From: a virus
DNA: 64,000 nt
Virus record (IMG/VR): IMGVR_UViG_3300028581_000028
Location: 20,314-84,313 of that record
Strand: one strand, 5' to 3'
The position numbers and the translations under genes were made by a program. Within the stretch, counting starts at the first letter, position 1. Every line of letters starts with the position of its first letter. The notes under the pieces are model-generated. The model was given only the letters and a program-made list of their open reading frames with translations, was not told the DNA's origin and searched no databases. Below, piece after piece: positions 1 through 9,167 of the stretch.

Positions 1-31
1 TATACTTACCATAATTTTGCCTTGTATTTTT

Positions 32-98
32 ACAAATATATACAATTTAGGTGTACATAACTCTAATGTTGATAAATCTTAAAAACAACCTAACTTTG
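32..98. promoter_or_regulatory. Divergent Bacteroidota-type -7 promoter elements
   Basis: TAACTTTG (+, 91-98) upstream of ORF 124..441; TATATTTG on the minus strand (33-40) upstream of an ATG at 10-12. Both match the TAnnTTTG consensus. Confidence 0.5.
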
Positions 99-123
99 TT
101 TTTGTTAATAAATATGTGAATAT

Positions 124-441
124 ATGGAAGGTATTACAAAGACAGATACGAAACAGTCAGAGGATTTCAACAAAAACGAAAAACAACTAAACTTCAATCG
201 GATCAAGGGTACAATTACCGAACTTAACGATGGCGAGAAGTTTTGCTCTATCACCCTCAATATCGGACACGAAAATATCCGCCAAGTAAACTTGGTTATA
301 AAGAAAAATGGCTTTGATGCCATTACCAGTAAATTCAAAATTGGGCAGAAGGTGTTTGCGACTTTTTATCTCACCAGCCGATTTAAAAATGGTCGCTGGT
401 ACACAATGGCAAACGTATTATCGATTGAGGATACTGCTTAA
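124..441 (+). CDS. DUF3127-like OB-fold (SSB-like) protein
   Basis: C-terminal KIGQKVFATFYLTSRFKNGRWYT pattern resembles Bacteroidota DUF3127; only convincing plus-strand gene in the window. Confidence 0.6.
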   Translation: MEGITKTDTKQSEDFNKNEKQLNFNRIKGTITELNDGEKFCSITLNIGHENIRQVNLVIKKNGFDAITSKFKIGQKVFATFYLTSRFKNGRWYTMANVLSIEDTA

Positions 442-806
442 GGTGATATCACAAAAAATGCCAATCCCTCTGCACACTTTTTAATTGAACTTGCCCTCTC
501 GTTGAGACTTTTTATCTGGGCTTCAATAACATCTCGGCTATTTGATACATAGTACCCCTTTGATGTTGCTATTAATGGCAATAAAGAGTTGCTCCTAATA
601 TGATTAACGCATTTGCGTAATCTGGGTTCGGTCATCTTTATTTTTTTACCCTTTTTTACAAGGTACAAGTTCATATTACTTACGATCTGGGGAGCTTTGA
701 TCGGATTAGCCTCCGTGTGCGTTTTAAAGCCCTCAACCAGTATAGGTATTAACTCAAGCTCTAATTCGTTTAATTCGGCTGTAATATCCTCGAAATTAGT
801 TATCAT
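438..806 (-). CDS. Conserved phage winged-helix-like protein
   Basis: EPRLRKCVNHIR...LIATSKGYYV pattern. Confidence 0.55.
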   Translation of the reverse strand: MITNFEDITAELNELELELIPILVEGFKTHTEANPIKAPQIVSNMNLYLVKKGKKIKMTEPRLRKCVNHIRSNSLLPLIATSKGYYVSNSRDVIEAQIKSLNERASSIKKCAEGLAFFVISP

Positions 807-1090
807 TTGTCAACTGTATTTATCACCTTTATTTCGTAATCGATATGTCTGCCTTTGTGTATCCCAGTATTAATTAAGTTGCAGATATCCTCGTAAAGTA
901 ATGGCATATCCCCAAATTCTGTATCGTAAATAACGAGATCGTATCTACCAACGTGCATCCGAGTAGCCTTATAATGTTTTTTTATTGATAATAATTCAAG
1001 CTCGACTGGGTTTACGCTTCGATCCTCGCATCGAAACCAAATCTTTTTGCCGATTAACTTTTCTGGGCAGAAGGTATCTTCCATAATCAC
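803..1090 (-). CDS. Hypothetical protein
   Basis: ORF overlapping both neighbours in a tightly packed operon. Confidence 0.55.
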   Translation of the reverse strand: MIMEDTFCPEKLIGKKIWFRCEDRSVNPVELELLSIKKHYKATRMHVGRYDLVIYDTEFGDMPLLYEDICNLINTGIHKGRHIDYEIKVINTVDK

Positions 1091-1589
1091 TCGGTTCTTG
1101 TTTCTATAAAATGCACCCCAGATACCGAGCTATCAAAAGCACCGTTTAATAGCTTGTATAGTTTTGTAAGGGCTGGGTACTCGTCTGTAAAAAACATCTT
1201 ACCATCCGTTGCCTTGTTGATTTCGTTTTTCAACTGGAGTGCGTAGTCTTTCGATATGCCCTCAATGTCGGCTTTCGTTACTCTTAATTGCATTTTGCTT
1301 ATTGTTAATTATTTAATGGTAATTTTATCTAACTGAAAACTATATGTAATAGTCTTAATTGTATTATGTGGGATTGCAAGGCTAAATGGCTTTAGTGTTT
1401 TATCCATTGGCAATCCGCAAAAGGTAGAATTAATATAATCATAAAATATCCTCATTAACAAAGAGGCATCTTTTTTTTCTTCTATTTTAAACTTTATAGA
1501 TACATATCCACCCTTAGGTAGCATACAGTTAAGCCTTGTATCTGGAGTTTGTGTTTTAATACTGATTATACTTAACATACTATTTATTT

Positions 1590-2081
1590 TTAGTTTAACT
1601 TATTTATTTTTGCCTTATTCCCAAAACATTTTATTGCGTACTCGTTATATGCTTTTACTGCATCTATTTCGTTTTCAAAATACCCTATATGAATAAGTTT
1701 GCCATCAAACTTTATTCTGGCTAAATAACGGGCTGGGCGAAAGGATACCCCAATATACTTAGAGGTCTTTTCCCTACCGATTTGTGTTTTTGAGTTTTTT
1801 TGAGTGTTGTCTGATCTTCTGATGTATATTAAATTTTCCTTTAGGCAGTTTAATGTATTGCCATCTTTAAAACATATTTGCCAATGTCTGCTAACTGGCA
1901 AACCAATTACCAACTGGTGTAAATATGTTCTAATACTATGCCCCATTAATGTTCTGGATGTTCTGGCATAAAACTTCTTTTTAACTCTGGAAGCGTGAAA
2001 CGGAACATCGTGATACTTTTCATAAATATCATCATCTATTAACGCTTTTTGGTTTTGAGTTAAGGGTAAATATTTTGCCAT
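1590..2081 (-). CDS. HNH-AP2 homing-endonuclease-like protein (degenerate HNH)
   Basis: YLHQLVIG..FKDGNTLNCLKENL (HNH_3-like) plus TSKYIGVS..YLARI..HIGYFENEIDAVKAYN (AP2). Confidence 0.8.
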   Translation of the reverse strand: MAKYLPLTQNQKALIDDDIYEKYHDVPFHASRVKKKFYARTSRTLMGHSIRTYLHQLVIGLPVSRHWQICFKDGNTLNCLKENLIYIRRSDNTQKNSKTQIGREKTSKYIGVSFRPARYLARIKFDGKLIHIGYFENEIDAVKAYNEYAIKCFGNKAKINKLN

Positions 2082-2533
2082 TGCAAATTATCTTTTTTCA
2101 GTTGGTTTTGGTTGTTTTTCAGATATGGACTTTAGCCAGTACATAATAACCCCATCAAACTTTACTCTTTCTGTTAAAGAGTGTATCGGGAGGTTTATAT
2201 CCATCTGTTTAAAGATATTCCAAAGAGTATCCATATTGGCTGGGGTTACCGCAACATTAATTGTTTCGGTGTATCTTTTGTCTGTATTTACGTTAAAATC
2301 CATACCGTTAAATATTGCGGATATTATCCCAGTTTTTTAGAAAGGCGATCATCAAAGCATAATCACAATGACCACCACCGTTTTCGTTTTCTATCTGAAT
2401 GTATGTTCCAATCGTGTGTTGGATTACAAGCGTGTACTCACGGTTTGTTTCGTACCCACAAGAACCGTTTTGTCCCCTAAAAATTGCTTTTACTTTTTTC
2501 ATTTTGCTTATTGTTAATTATATTATTAATTAT

Positions 2534-2908
2534 TTACAGAATTTGATCCCTCCTATGTTCAAAACAGTTTTGCATATCCACTTGGCAAGTATTTGGGATA
2601 AAGGTTACTGGCTTGTTTAACTTACTGCAGACTCCGTACTGGATCATAACCTCTGATTTATCGAACTGAAACTTCATTTTATCGGCTTCGGTCAATAGGG
2701 CATCCCAGCGTTCCAGATCGTAGTATCGATCCTTGTACCATTTTGCCTTTTGGATGAGTTTATTTTTAATGGTCGTAAAGTAGTCAAATTGCCATTTATG
2801 GTGTGCCTCTTGCGATGCCTTAAACTTTTCGATATCACGTTGTAAATGTTTACAGTCGTTGCAATTGCAATCAATTTTCTGGAGCAGTATAAGACTCTCT
2901 TTATCCAC
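2534..2908 (-). CDS. Cys-rich hypothetical protein
   Basis: DCNCNDCKH and further Cys residues near the C-terminus. Confidence 0.6.
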   Translation of the reverse strand: MDKESLILLQKIDCNCNDCKHLQRDIEKFKASQEAHHKWQFDYFTTIKNKLIQKAKWYKDRYYDLERWDALLTEADKMKFQFDKSEVMIQYGVCSKLNKPVTFIPNTCQVDMQNCFEHRRDQIL

Positions 2909-3134
2909 GATTAAAAATCTTTAAATTGTTGCTTTGCTTTATCTAATTTATTTAGCCATTCGTTGAGTTTTTTCTTTGACCATTCTTGGCGATTAGATAA
3001 CTCCTCTGATGCCTCGCTGTATCTGGTATAAAGGATTACGTTATCCTTGCATTTTTTCAAGTAAGCGAGTAGCCGATTGCCTTCTGATACCCGTGTTTTT
3101 AACACCTCTAATTCTTGCTCCGTCATATCGCTGG

Positions 3135-4235
3135 TTATTCAAAATCGGTTGCTTGAACATCTACCTTTGCGGATACCTTTGCGACTATCTTGGCTATATA
3201 AACACCATCGGATGGGAATACGCATTGTCTGGCAAATTCCTTCGCTTTATCTATGTCTAAGCAAGTCATTAATATTACCCCCTTTTCAAGTACAACATAC
3301 TGGTGACCATCTTTGCCAAGTGTTTCTGGCTTACTTAATCCATTTTTAACCTCATCTGTAAAACTGGGTTCTTTTTCAAACTTTACTTTTTTAGTTCTAC
3401 TCCGTGCAATAGATTTACTGTTTTGCTGGGCTTCGGCTACAAATTCCATCGAGTCTTGCTTTATTAAGGCTTCGACACAATTAATCTGCTTATCCTCAGT
3501 TTCGTAAATACGTTTAACGGTAATCTTATCGTGTAGCTCGACTAATTCTTTAAAGTTATTTGCTGGTTTTAAACGATGAAGGTTATAATTATTCTTTGCG
3601 AGTGCATATTTTATGTCTTTAATATACTGCCTTTCTTTATAATTAAAATTGCCCTTTTTAGTATAAATCTGGGAGTTTGTAGTCATCTTTTTATTAGTTG
3701 AAGCCTCCCTTATGTTATCAAATATTTTTTTTGCCCTAATGGTGCTAATCGAGTCAACCCGTGATTTGTACGTTGCTTGTGCAATTCTTTTAATGTACCC
3801 CAGCCTTATTGCGTAAGTAAGCACCGCCTTGTTTACTTTGTATTTTGCGATAATAGAGTCTTGTACAGATGAGGCAATGTATCCACCGTTATCCAGCATT
3901 AAAATAATAAAATCGTTGAGGCATTCTTTAATATCATCAACCCTTTTCCCGTAGGTTTCTTTGTTGTGTGTACGCTTCGGCTTCATTGCGTATGCCTTTT
4001 GGCTCTCCTCGAAGTTATCTGCGATTGGGGGTGCAAAATCTTCGCCCTCTGGAGTTATTACATAAAGCCCGATTTTTTCTCTGCGTAGCAACCCCTTGTT
4101 TTTCATCTCAAATAGTAGGGTGTTTGCATAACTACTGCTTGATTTGAGTACTTTTTGGACTACGGTTGCGTTAATAGTCTTTTTTGGCTGACTACGAATG
4201 TAGAGGACTACTTTTTCTGCGTTTTCTTTGTTCAT
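3135..4235 (-). CDS. Hypothetical protein with N-terminal winged-helix-like domain
   Basis: 366 aa; LFEMKNKGLLRREKIGLYVITPEG is a wHTH wing-like motif. Confidence 0.55.
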   Translation of the reverse strand: MNKENAEKVVLYIRSQPKKTINATVVQKVLKSSSSYANTLLFEMKNKGLLRREKIGLYVITPEGEDFAPPIADNFEESQKAYAMKPKRTHNKETYGKRVDDIKECLNDFIILMLDNGGYIASSVQDSIIAKYKVNKAVLTYAIRLGYIKRIAQATYKSRVDSISTIRAKKIFDNIREASTNKKMTTNSQIYTKKGNFNYKERQYIKDIKYALAKNNYNLHRLKPANNFKELVELHDKITVKRIYETEDKQINCVEALIKQDSMEFVAEAQQNSKSIARSRTKKVKFEKEPSFTDEVKNGLSKPETLGKDGHQYVVLEKGVILMTCLDIDKAKEFARQCVFPSDGVYIAKIVAKVSAKVDVQATDFE

Positions 4236-4260
4236 ACTTATTCATGTTGGTTATACTTAT

Positions 4261-4485
4261 TTATGTTATTTTTTTAGGCTTTAAAATAGTAACTTTTGTT
4301 TTTCCATCAGAAAAGTCGTGATTTTCCACCGTGTATCCCAGCGATAAATAGTGTTCTTTAAAATATTCGATTGATGCGTATTTATCATTTTCCTTGTGAA
4401 CATTAAACACAATACCAACACCATCGACCACCAGCGTCCCCATATTGCTATCGTTTAATATTTTACATAGTTTTTTATCCGACAT
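4261..4485 (-). CDS. Hypothetical protein (start moved to ATG at 4485)
   Basis: The track's TTG start at 4533 lies inside the promoter motif; ATG at 4483-4485 follows it. Confidence 0.5.
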   Translation of the reverse strand: MSDKKLCKILNDSNMGTLVVDGVGIVFNVHKENDKYASIEYFKEHYLSLGYTVENHDFSDGKTKVTILKPKKIT

Positions 4486-4498
4486 ACGCTTTATTATG

Positions 4499-4539
4499 TT
4501 GCACAAATATACAACATATTTATCAGATTGCAAGTCTTT
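4499..4539 (-). promoter_or_regulatory. Conserved phage promoter (Bacteroidota sigma-A type), copy 1
   Basis: AAAGACTTGC...TTGTATATTTGTGCAA; TTG and TAnnTTTG are 19 bp apart; motif recurs at 29320 and 59378. Confidence 0.75.
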
Positions 4540-4572
4540 CGAACAATATTTTGTTGATAAAGTTGGATATTG

Positions 4573-5184
4573 CTATGCTATTGCGTTATCTATTGCACTT
4601 CCTATTTGTTTATAAATAGGAAGATTTGAGTGTGGATCGGCTACCTTGCCTATTGCTGGATCAAGTACCGTTGCTCCATTTTGCTTAAACTTGTCGTAAT
4701 ACTTATTGACCGTAGCCTCTGTAATGTTTTTATTATTACCCCATCCCCACGATCCTTTTACGACATAATACTTAGCTTCTGGGAATGCTGTTTTTAATGC
4801 TGAAAATAGCCCTTTAATATCCTCATTGGGATTAAACCCACCATTAGTACCAATATTAATAACTACACTCCCTACATCGCTACTTGGGGGATATTTTGCA
4901 ACTGCGTTTTTAAGCCAACTAAGGCTTTGACCAGCCTTCCAAAGATTTGCCTCCGATCCAGTTTCTCCCAGCTTTACAATTTTTTTAGAGTTTTTGGCAA
5001 TAAACGGAGTCTGGGAGTCTCCAATTATAATATTCTTTTTAGTTTTATTAATTACGGGTTGAGATTCATCAGCTTTACCCTTTTGCTTTGTTTTTTCGTA
5101 ATAAACAAGCCCAGCAACTGCCAGTACCAATATAGCACCAGATATATAGTAAGCGTTTTTAGTAAACCAGTTCTCTTTACCCAT
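4573..5184 (-). CDS. Membrane-anchored SGNH/GDSL-like hydrolase
   Basis: N-terminal TM helix; IIIGDSQ, INIGTN and DPH blocks. Confidence 0.7.
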   Translation of the reverse strand: MGKENWFTKNAYYISGAILVLAVAGLVYYEKTKQKGKADESQPVINKTKKNIIIGDSQTPFIAKNSKKIVKLGETGSEANLWKAGQSLSWLKNAVAKYPPSSDVGSVVINIGTNGGFNPNEDIKGLFSALKTAFPEAKYYVVKGSWGWGNNKNITEATVNKYYDKFKQNGATVLDPAIGKVADPHSNLPIYKQIGSAIDNAIA

Positions 5185-5269
5185 AATAAACAGTTTTAAT
5201 TAAACCTTTTATTGAATAAACAATTGCGGTAGTAAATTATTAATACCGCATTATTTAATGTTTTCAAAG

Positions 5270-5455
5270 CTATACTTTAGCTTCTTCGTGTACTACTTTA
5301 TTGGCTTCTTCTTTTTGCTTATCTAAGTAAGGCTTTACGACATATCTCCAGCCTAAGTACCCAGCAACTAAAATAACGCCAATCCAAAGCAGTGTATAAT
5401 CACCGCCTTTTGTCTGGGTTGCCCCAGCACCACCAGTATCAAATTTTGCAACCAT
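5270..5455 (-). CDS. Small single-pass membrane protein
   Basis: Hydrophobic LLWIGVILVAGYLGW. Confidence 0.6.
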   Translation of the reverse strand: MVAKFDTGGAGATQTKGGDYTLLWIGVILVAGYLGWRYVVKPYLDKQKEEANKVVHEEAKV

Positions 5456-5458
5456 AAT

Positions 5459-6052
5459 TTATTTTTTAGAGAGTGTATAAATTTCTTCACCCGTTTCGAG
5501 TAATTTATAATTGGTAGTTTCAACCCCATTCTCCTCGCCATCTTTATAGTGTTCAAATAGGGTATTATAGGTGTTTTTAGCCCTAACTTTAATCTCATCG
5601 GCAGACCATTTAACCTTGCCAGTCTTAAACATCTCATCGAGTTCTGCTTCGATTTTAATGCCTAATTCTTTATTGGCTTCGGAATTGTCCCCAGCATTGT
5701 TATCGTCCCCAGCATTATCATCAGCTCCAGTATCGTCACCCTGATTGCCCTCGTTATCGTTTAAATCCTCTTTAATTTCATCGGCATCGTGAGGAATCTT
5801 ATCATCGTTTTCGTCTTTTTCGTCCACGAAGTCAAGGATTTCGTTCACAACCCATTTGTCGTTTGCTTTTACTTTAGCAAGGGTGTCTTTACTGGCTTTT
5901 TTGCCTTTAGATTCTGCAGTCGTGATAATTGTTTCGATTTTTTTAATCGTAGCAATACCAATTCTGGCATCCTCTGGGAGATCCGATAACTTAAGCTCGT
6001 GTTCAGCCATCAGTTTCTCATACGCATACTTATAAACTTTCTCGTCACTCAT
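5459..6052 (-). CDS. Acidic hypothetical protein
   Basis: 197 aa ORF with D/N/G-rich linker. Confidence 0.65.
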   Translation of the reverse strand: MSDEKVYKYAYEKLMAEHELKLSDLPEDARIGIATIKKIETIITTAESKGKKASKDTLAKVKANDKWVVNEILDFVDEKDENDDKIPHDADEIKEDLNDNEGNQGDDTGADDNAGDDNNAGDNSEANKELGIKIEAELDEMFKTGKVKWSADEIKVRAKNTYNTLFEHYKDGEENGVETTNYKLLETGEEIYTLSKK

Positions 6053-6096
6053 AATTATTTGTTTTTAAAATATATAAATTGTGTTACCTTATTTTT

Positions 6097-6741
6097 TTAT
6101 GCTTTACCGCCCTTACGGTATCCGTAGTCACCCTCTTCGAACTGGGTGCGAACCATTTTAGGCTTTATGTTTTTCTTTTTTGTGTTTCCGCCACGTTTTT
6201 TCTTTTCCTTTAACGATTCTAAAACCTTTTCCAGTTTTTTAATGGCGAGTTTATACTCGTTAATAAGGGTTTGGATTTCCGATTCTGTTACTTCGCCTTT
6301 TTTAGCACGATTTTCTACGTTTGTAGTTACCTTTTCTGAGGTGCGTTCAACCGCCTCGTGATTTTTTGTTGCTGGACGTTTTTTAGGTTCGTTCTTACGA
6401 GCTTCTGCTCTGGCTTTAGCCTTTGCCTTTTGTGTTCTGGCTTTAGTTAAAAGCTCATCAATGTCGTACCCAGATTTTTTGGCTGATTCCTCACGTTTTT
6501 CAAGCTCGGCACAATCTGCCTCGCCCTCTTTACGTTTTGGGGCAGAAGCCTTTTCCTTTTTAGCTTTAGGCTCGGATTTGGCTTTAACTTTGGTTTCTTT
6601 TTTTTCGAGTTCGGCTAATGTTTTTTCCAGTTCATCGATCTCGCCTTTAGCAAAATCCTTTTCATCTTGGGGAACATTGGCATCTGCGATGAGTTCCTTG
6701 TACTCCGCAATTTCTTTTTTAATATCATCAATTTTTGCCAT
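6097..6741 (-). CDS. Lys/Glu-rich coiled-coil protein, possibly virion-internal
   Basis: Charged helical composition; ends with YRKGG motif. Confidence 0.55.
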   Translation of the reverse strand: MAKIDDIKKEIAEYKELIADANVPQDEKDFAKGEIDELEKTLAELEKKETKVKAKSEPKAKKEKASAPKRKEGEADCAELEKREESAKKSGYDIDELLTKARTQKAKAKARAEARKNEPKKRPATKNHEAVERTSEKVTTNVENRAKKGEVTESEIQTLINEYKLAIKKLEKVLESLKEKKKRGGNTKKKNIKPKMVRTQFEEGDYGYRKGGKA

Positions 6742-6745
6742 ATTA

Positions 6746-7165
6746 CTAATTGTTTTTAGATTTTATATTTTCGATCTGTTTTGTAACAATTTTAAGACGA
6801 GTCTTTAATATTGTATTTTTGGCATCCTTTTTAAGCATACCAGAAATAATTTTAAGCCTTGTTTCAAGTACTTTCAGCGTTGGTGCTGGTTTATCTTCTG
6901 CAGATGCCTCTGCTGGTTTTGTGCCTTCTTTTGCACCAGATTTTAAATAAATAGAGTAAATGTGTTTATCTATATCAAGTGCCAAAGGGATTTGCTCCGC
7001 ACCGTTATTTGTCTGTTTACGCAAAAAGTTTACAATCTGGGGGAGGCTGAAATCCATACCAGTCATTTCTTTTACAATTACCTGCTTTTCTGGGAAGATT
7101 AAACTAAAATCTACCCCTTTGTCAGCCAGTTCGAGTGTTTTATAATTATTAGATTGCATTTTCAA
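6746..7165 (-). CDS. Hypothetical protein
   Basis: ORF in operon; repeated L.TRLKI motif. Confidence 0.55.
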   Translation of the reverse strand: MKMQSNNYKTLELADKGVDFSLIFPEKQVIVKEMTGMDFSLPQIVNFLRKQTNNGAEQIPLALDIDKHIYSIYLKSGAKEGTKPAEASAEDKPAPTLKVLETRLKIISGMLKKDAKNTILKTRLKIVTKQIENIKSKNN

Positions 7166-9158
7166 GAGCTTTTAATTGTGAATAATATAATTGTCCAATA
7201 ATATCATTAAAATCGGGATGTTTTACAATTTCGGGTTCGCCTTGTTTTGTTCTTTCTACCGCAGTCAGTAAAAAGCCCAGCAATGCGTAAAAATATTTTA
7301 TGTACTCTGACCTTTTCTCTTCCCATAACGCAAACTTACTAATTTTTGATTCATCATCAAAATTAATAAACATCGTTAAGTTATTCTCCGTGTAAATGAT
7401 TTGTTTATCAACAACCAAGCATACATTATGATTATCGTTAAAAATAGATACCCCCAGCCAGTTAGCACCCTCTTCAGCGTAGGATATTTGTGTGTTTAGT
7501 AAATTAAGCACCCCTAATTCTTTTAAACAGTCCGCTAATATTGACTTGTAAGCTATTTCTGGATCAAAATAATCTGGGTTTATATACTGTACATAACGCA
7601 ATAAACTCTTGGCTACTTCCCGATCTAAATCTTGCAATTCCTTTACGGTAATATCTGGGATTTCGCTTTGGGTTCTTCCACTATATTCGTTAAGATACAA
7701 TAACGATCTTTTTAACGCTGGAGTTAAATGACTACGCATAAAAGCACCCGTGTCGGCTGGATATACGTTATAATTTCTAAACTCTTCTGCAATTTTAATA
7801 AATACTTTAAATGCAAGAGATTCAAATAATTCCCCAGTATCTGCTCTGGGTTCGACCAATATTAAATCCTTAGTATTTACCCATCCAGAGTTAATTTTTA
7901 AGTTTGGATCATTAATTTTTGTAATATTATCCAGCCAAACAAAATTGCCACCGATCCCGTTTTGTAGACCGTTGTATGGATTACCCCAAGATATGTACTT
8001 AGTGCCAATTATTCCAGAATACCCCTCTTGTTTATCATTAAGATACTCTACTTTATCGCCATAAGTTGCAATTTCGCCTCTTAGAAATTGTTCTTGATCA
8101 TCCCAGCCATTATAAGATAATACATAATATTTGTTTATATCCGAATCAATATCGTAAGCGTACCCAATAGCACCGTTGTTTTTATGATTATGCTTTACAA
8201 CAACATAATTCGGAGCTTTAAAATAAATATCATCCTCAAACCAAAAATCGCCTTTGGGCTTATCGTTTGGATCGGCATATATTACAGTAACATTTGCCCT
8301 TTGTTTTTCTGTTTTTTGATTTACAAAATTAACAAGTGCGTAATGTTTTTGATCCCTACTAAGAACGGAATCCCCAATGGTTACAAACGCATCTGGTCTA
8401 ATATAAACATCCTCGCCATCAATGTTTACAAGAAAATTAGCCTTTTGTTGACCAATTTTTTGTTTATCTAATATGCAAGTTTTACCAGCATATTGCCCGT
8501 GAATTATATAGCCAGTAATCTCGTTTTCTTTTTCATCTTCTCCTTCGCCTTGACCTTCTCCCTCGCCCTCTCCTTCACCTTGACCTTCTCCCTCGCCCTC
8601 ACCTTCACCCTCACCTTCTCCCTCTCCTTCACCCTCACCTTCTCCTTCGCCATTGCCTTTTCTTTTACCCTTTCCTTTTCCTTTGCCAGAACCACCACCT
8701 TCACTTTCGCCATCATCTTCTCCAGAGTCTTGACCTTCGTCATCGCCCTCGCCTTGATCTTCGCCTTCTCCTTTGCCCTTTCCTTTTCCTTTACTTTTTC
8801 CTTTACCAGTACCTTTACTTTCGCCATTATCTTCGCCAGAGTCTTGACCTTCTTGATCGCCTTCTCCCTCGCCTTGACCTTGACCTTCTTGATCGCCTTC
8901 TCCCTCACCTTGACCTTGACCTTCTTGATCGCCTTCTCCCTCACCTTGACCTTGACCTTCTTGTTCTCCCTCGCCTTGACCTTGACCTTCTCCATCGCCA
9001 TCTTGACCGCCTTGACCTTCTTCGCCACCCTCAGAACCACCACCACCACCCGTACCGCCTTCGGTCTTGGGGGCTTGACCTTGTTCTGTAGTTTTCTCTT
9101 CTGGATCGAGTCCGACTGTTACAATTTCGGGATCGTTATTTTCATCATTCTCTGCCAT
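7149..9158 (-). CDS. Large protein with Gly/Glu/Gln low-complexity N-terminus
   Basis: 669 aa; QEGQGQGEGEGD and (GE)n repeats. Confidence 0.75.
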   Translation of the reverse strand: MAENDENNDPEIVTVGLDPEEKTTEQGQAPKTEGGTGGGGGSEGGEEGQGGQDGDGEGQGQGEGEQEGQGQGEGEGDQEGQGQGEGEGDQEGQGQGEGEGDQEGQDSGEDNGESKGTGKGKSKGKGKGKGEGEDQGEGDDEGQDSGEDDGESEGGGSGKGKGKGKRKGNGEGEGEGEGEGEGEGEGEGEGEGQGEGEGEGEGQGEGEDEKENEITGYIIHGQYAGKTCILDKQKIGQQKANFLVNIDGEDVYIRPDAFVTIGDSVLSRDQKHYALVNFVNQKTEKQRANVTVIYADPNDKPKGDFWFEDDIYFKAPNYVVVKHNHKNNGAIGYAYDIDSDINKYYVLSYNGWDDQEQFLRGEIATYGDKVEYLNDKQEGYSGIIGTKYISWGNPYNGLQNGIGGNFVWLDNITKINDPNLKINSGWVNTKDLILVEPRADTGELFESLAFKVFIKIAEEFRNYNVYPADTGAFMRSHLTPALKRSLLYLNEYSGRTQSEIPDITVKELQDLDREVAKSLLRYVQYINPDYFDPEIAYKSILADCLKELGVLNLLNTQISYAEEGANWLGVSIFNDNHNVCLVVDKQIIYTENNLTMFINFDDESKISKFALWEEKRSEYIKYFYALLGFLLTAVERTKQGEPEIVKHPDFNDIIGQLYYSQLKALENAI
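8535..9060. repeat. Coding tandem repeats (6-bp and 36-bp units)
   Basis: Three near-identical 36-bp units (ccttgaccttgaccttcttgatcgccttctccctc) plus a duplicated GQDSGED..GKGKGKGK block. Confidence 0.9.
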
Positions 9159-9167
9159 ATCAATATT

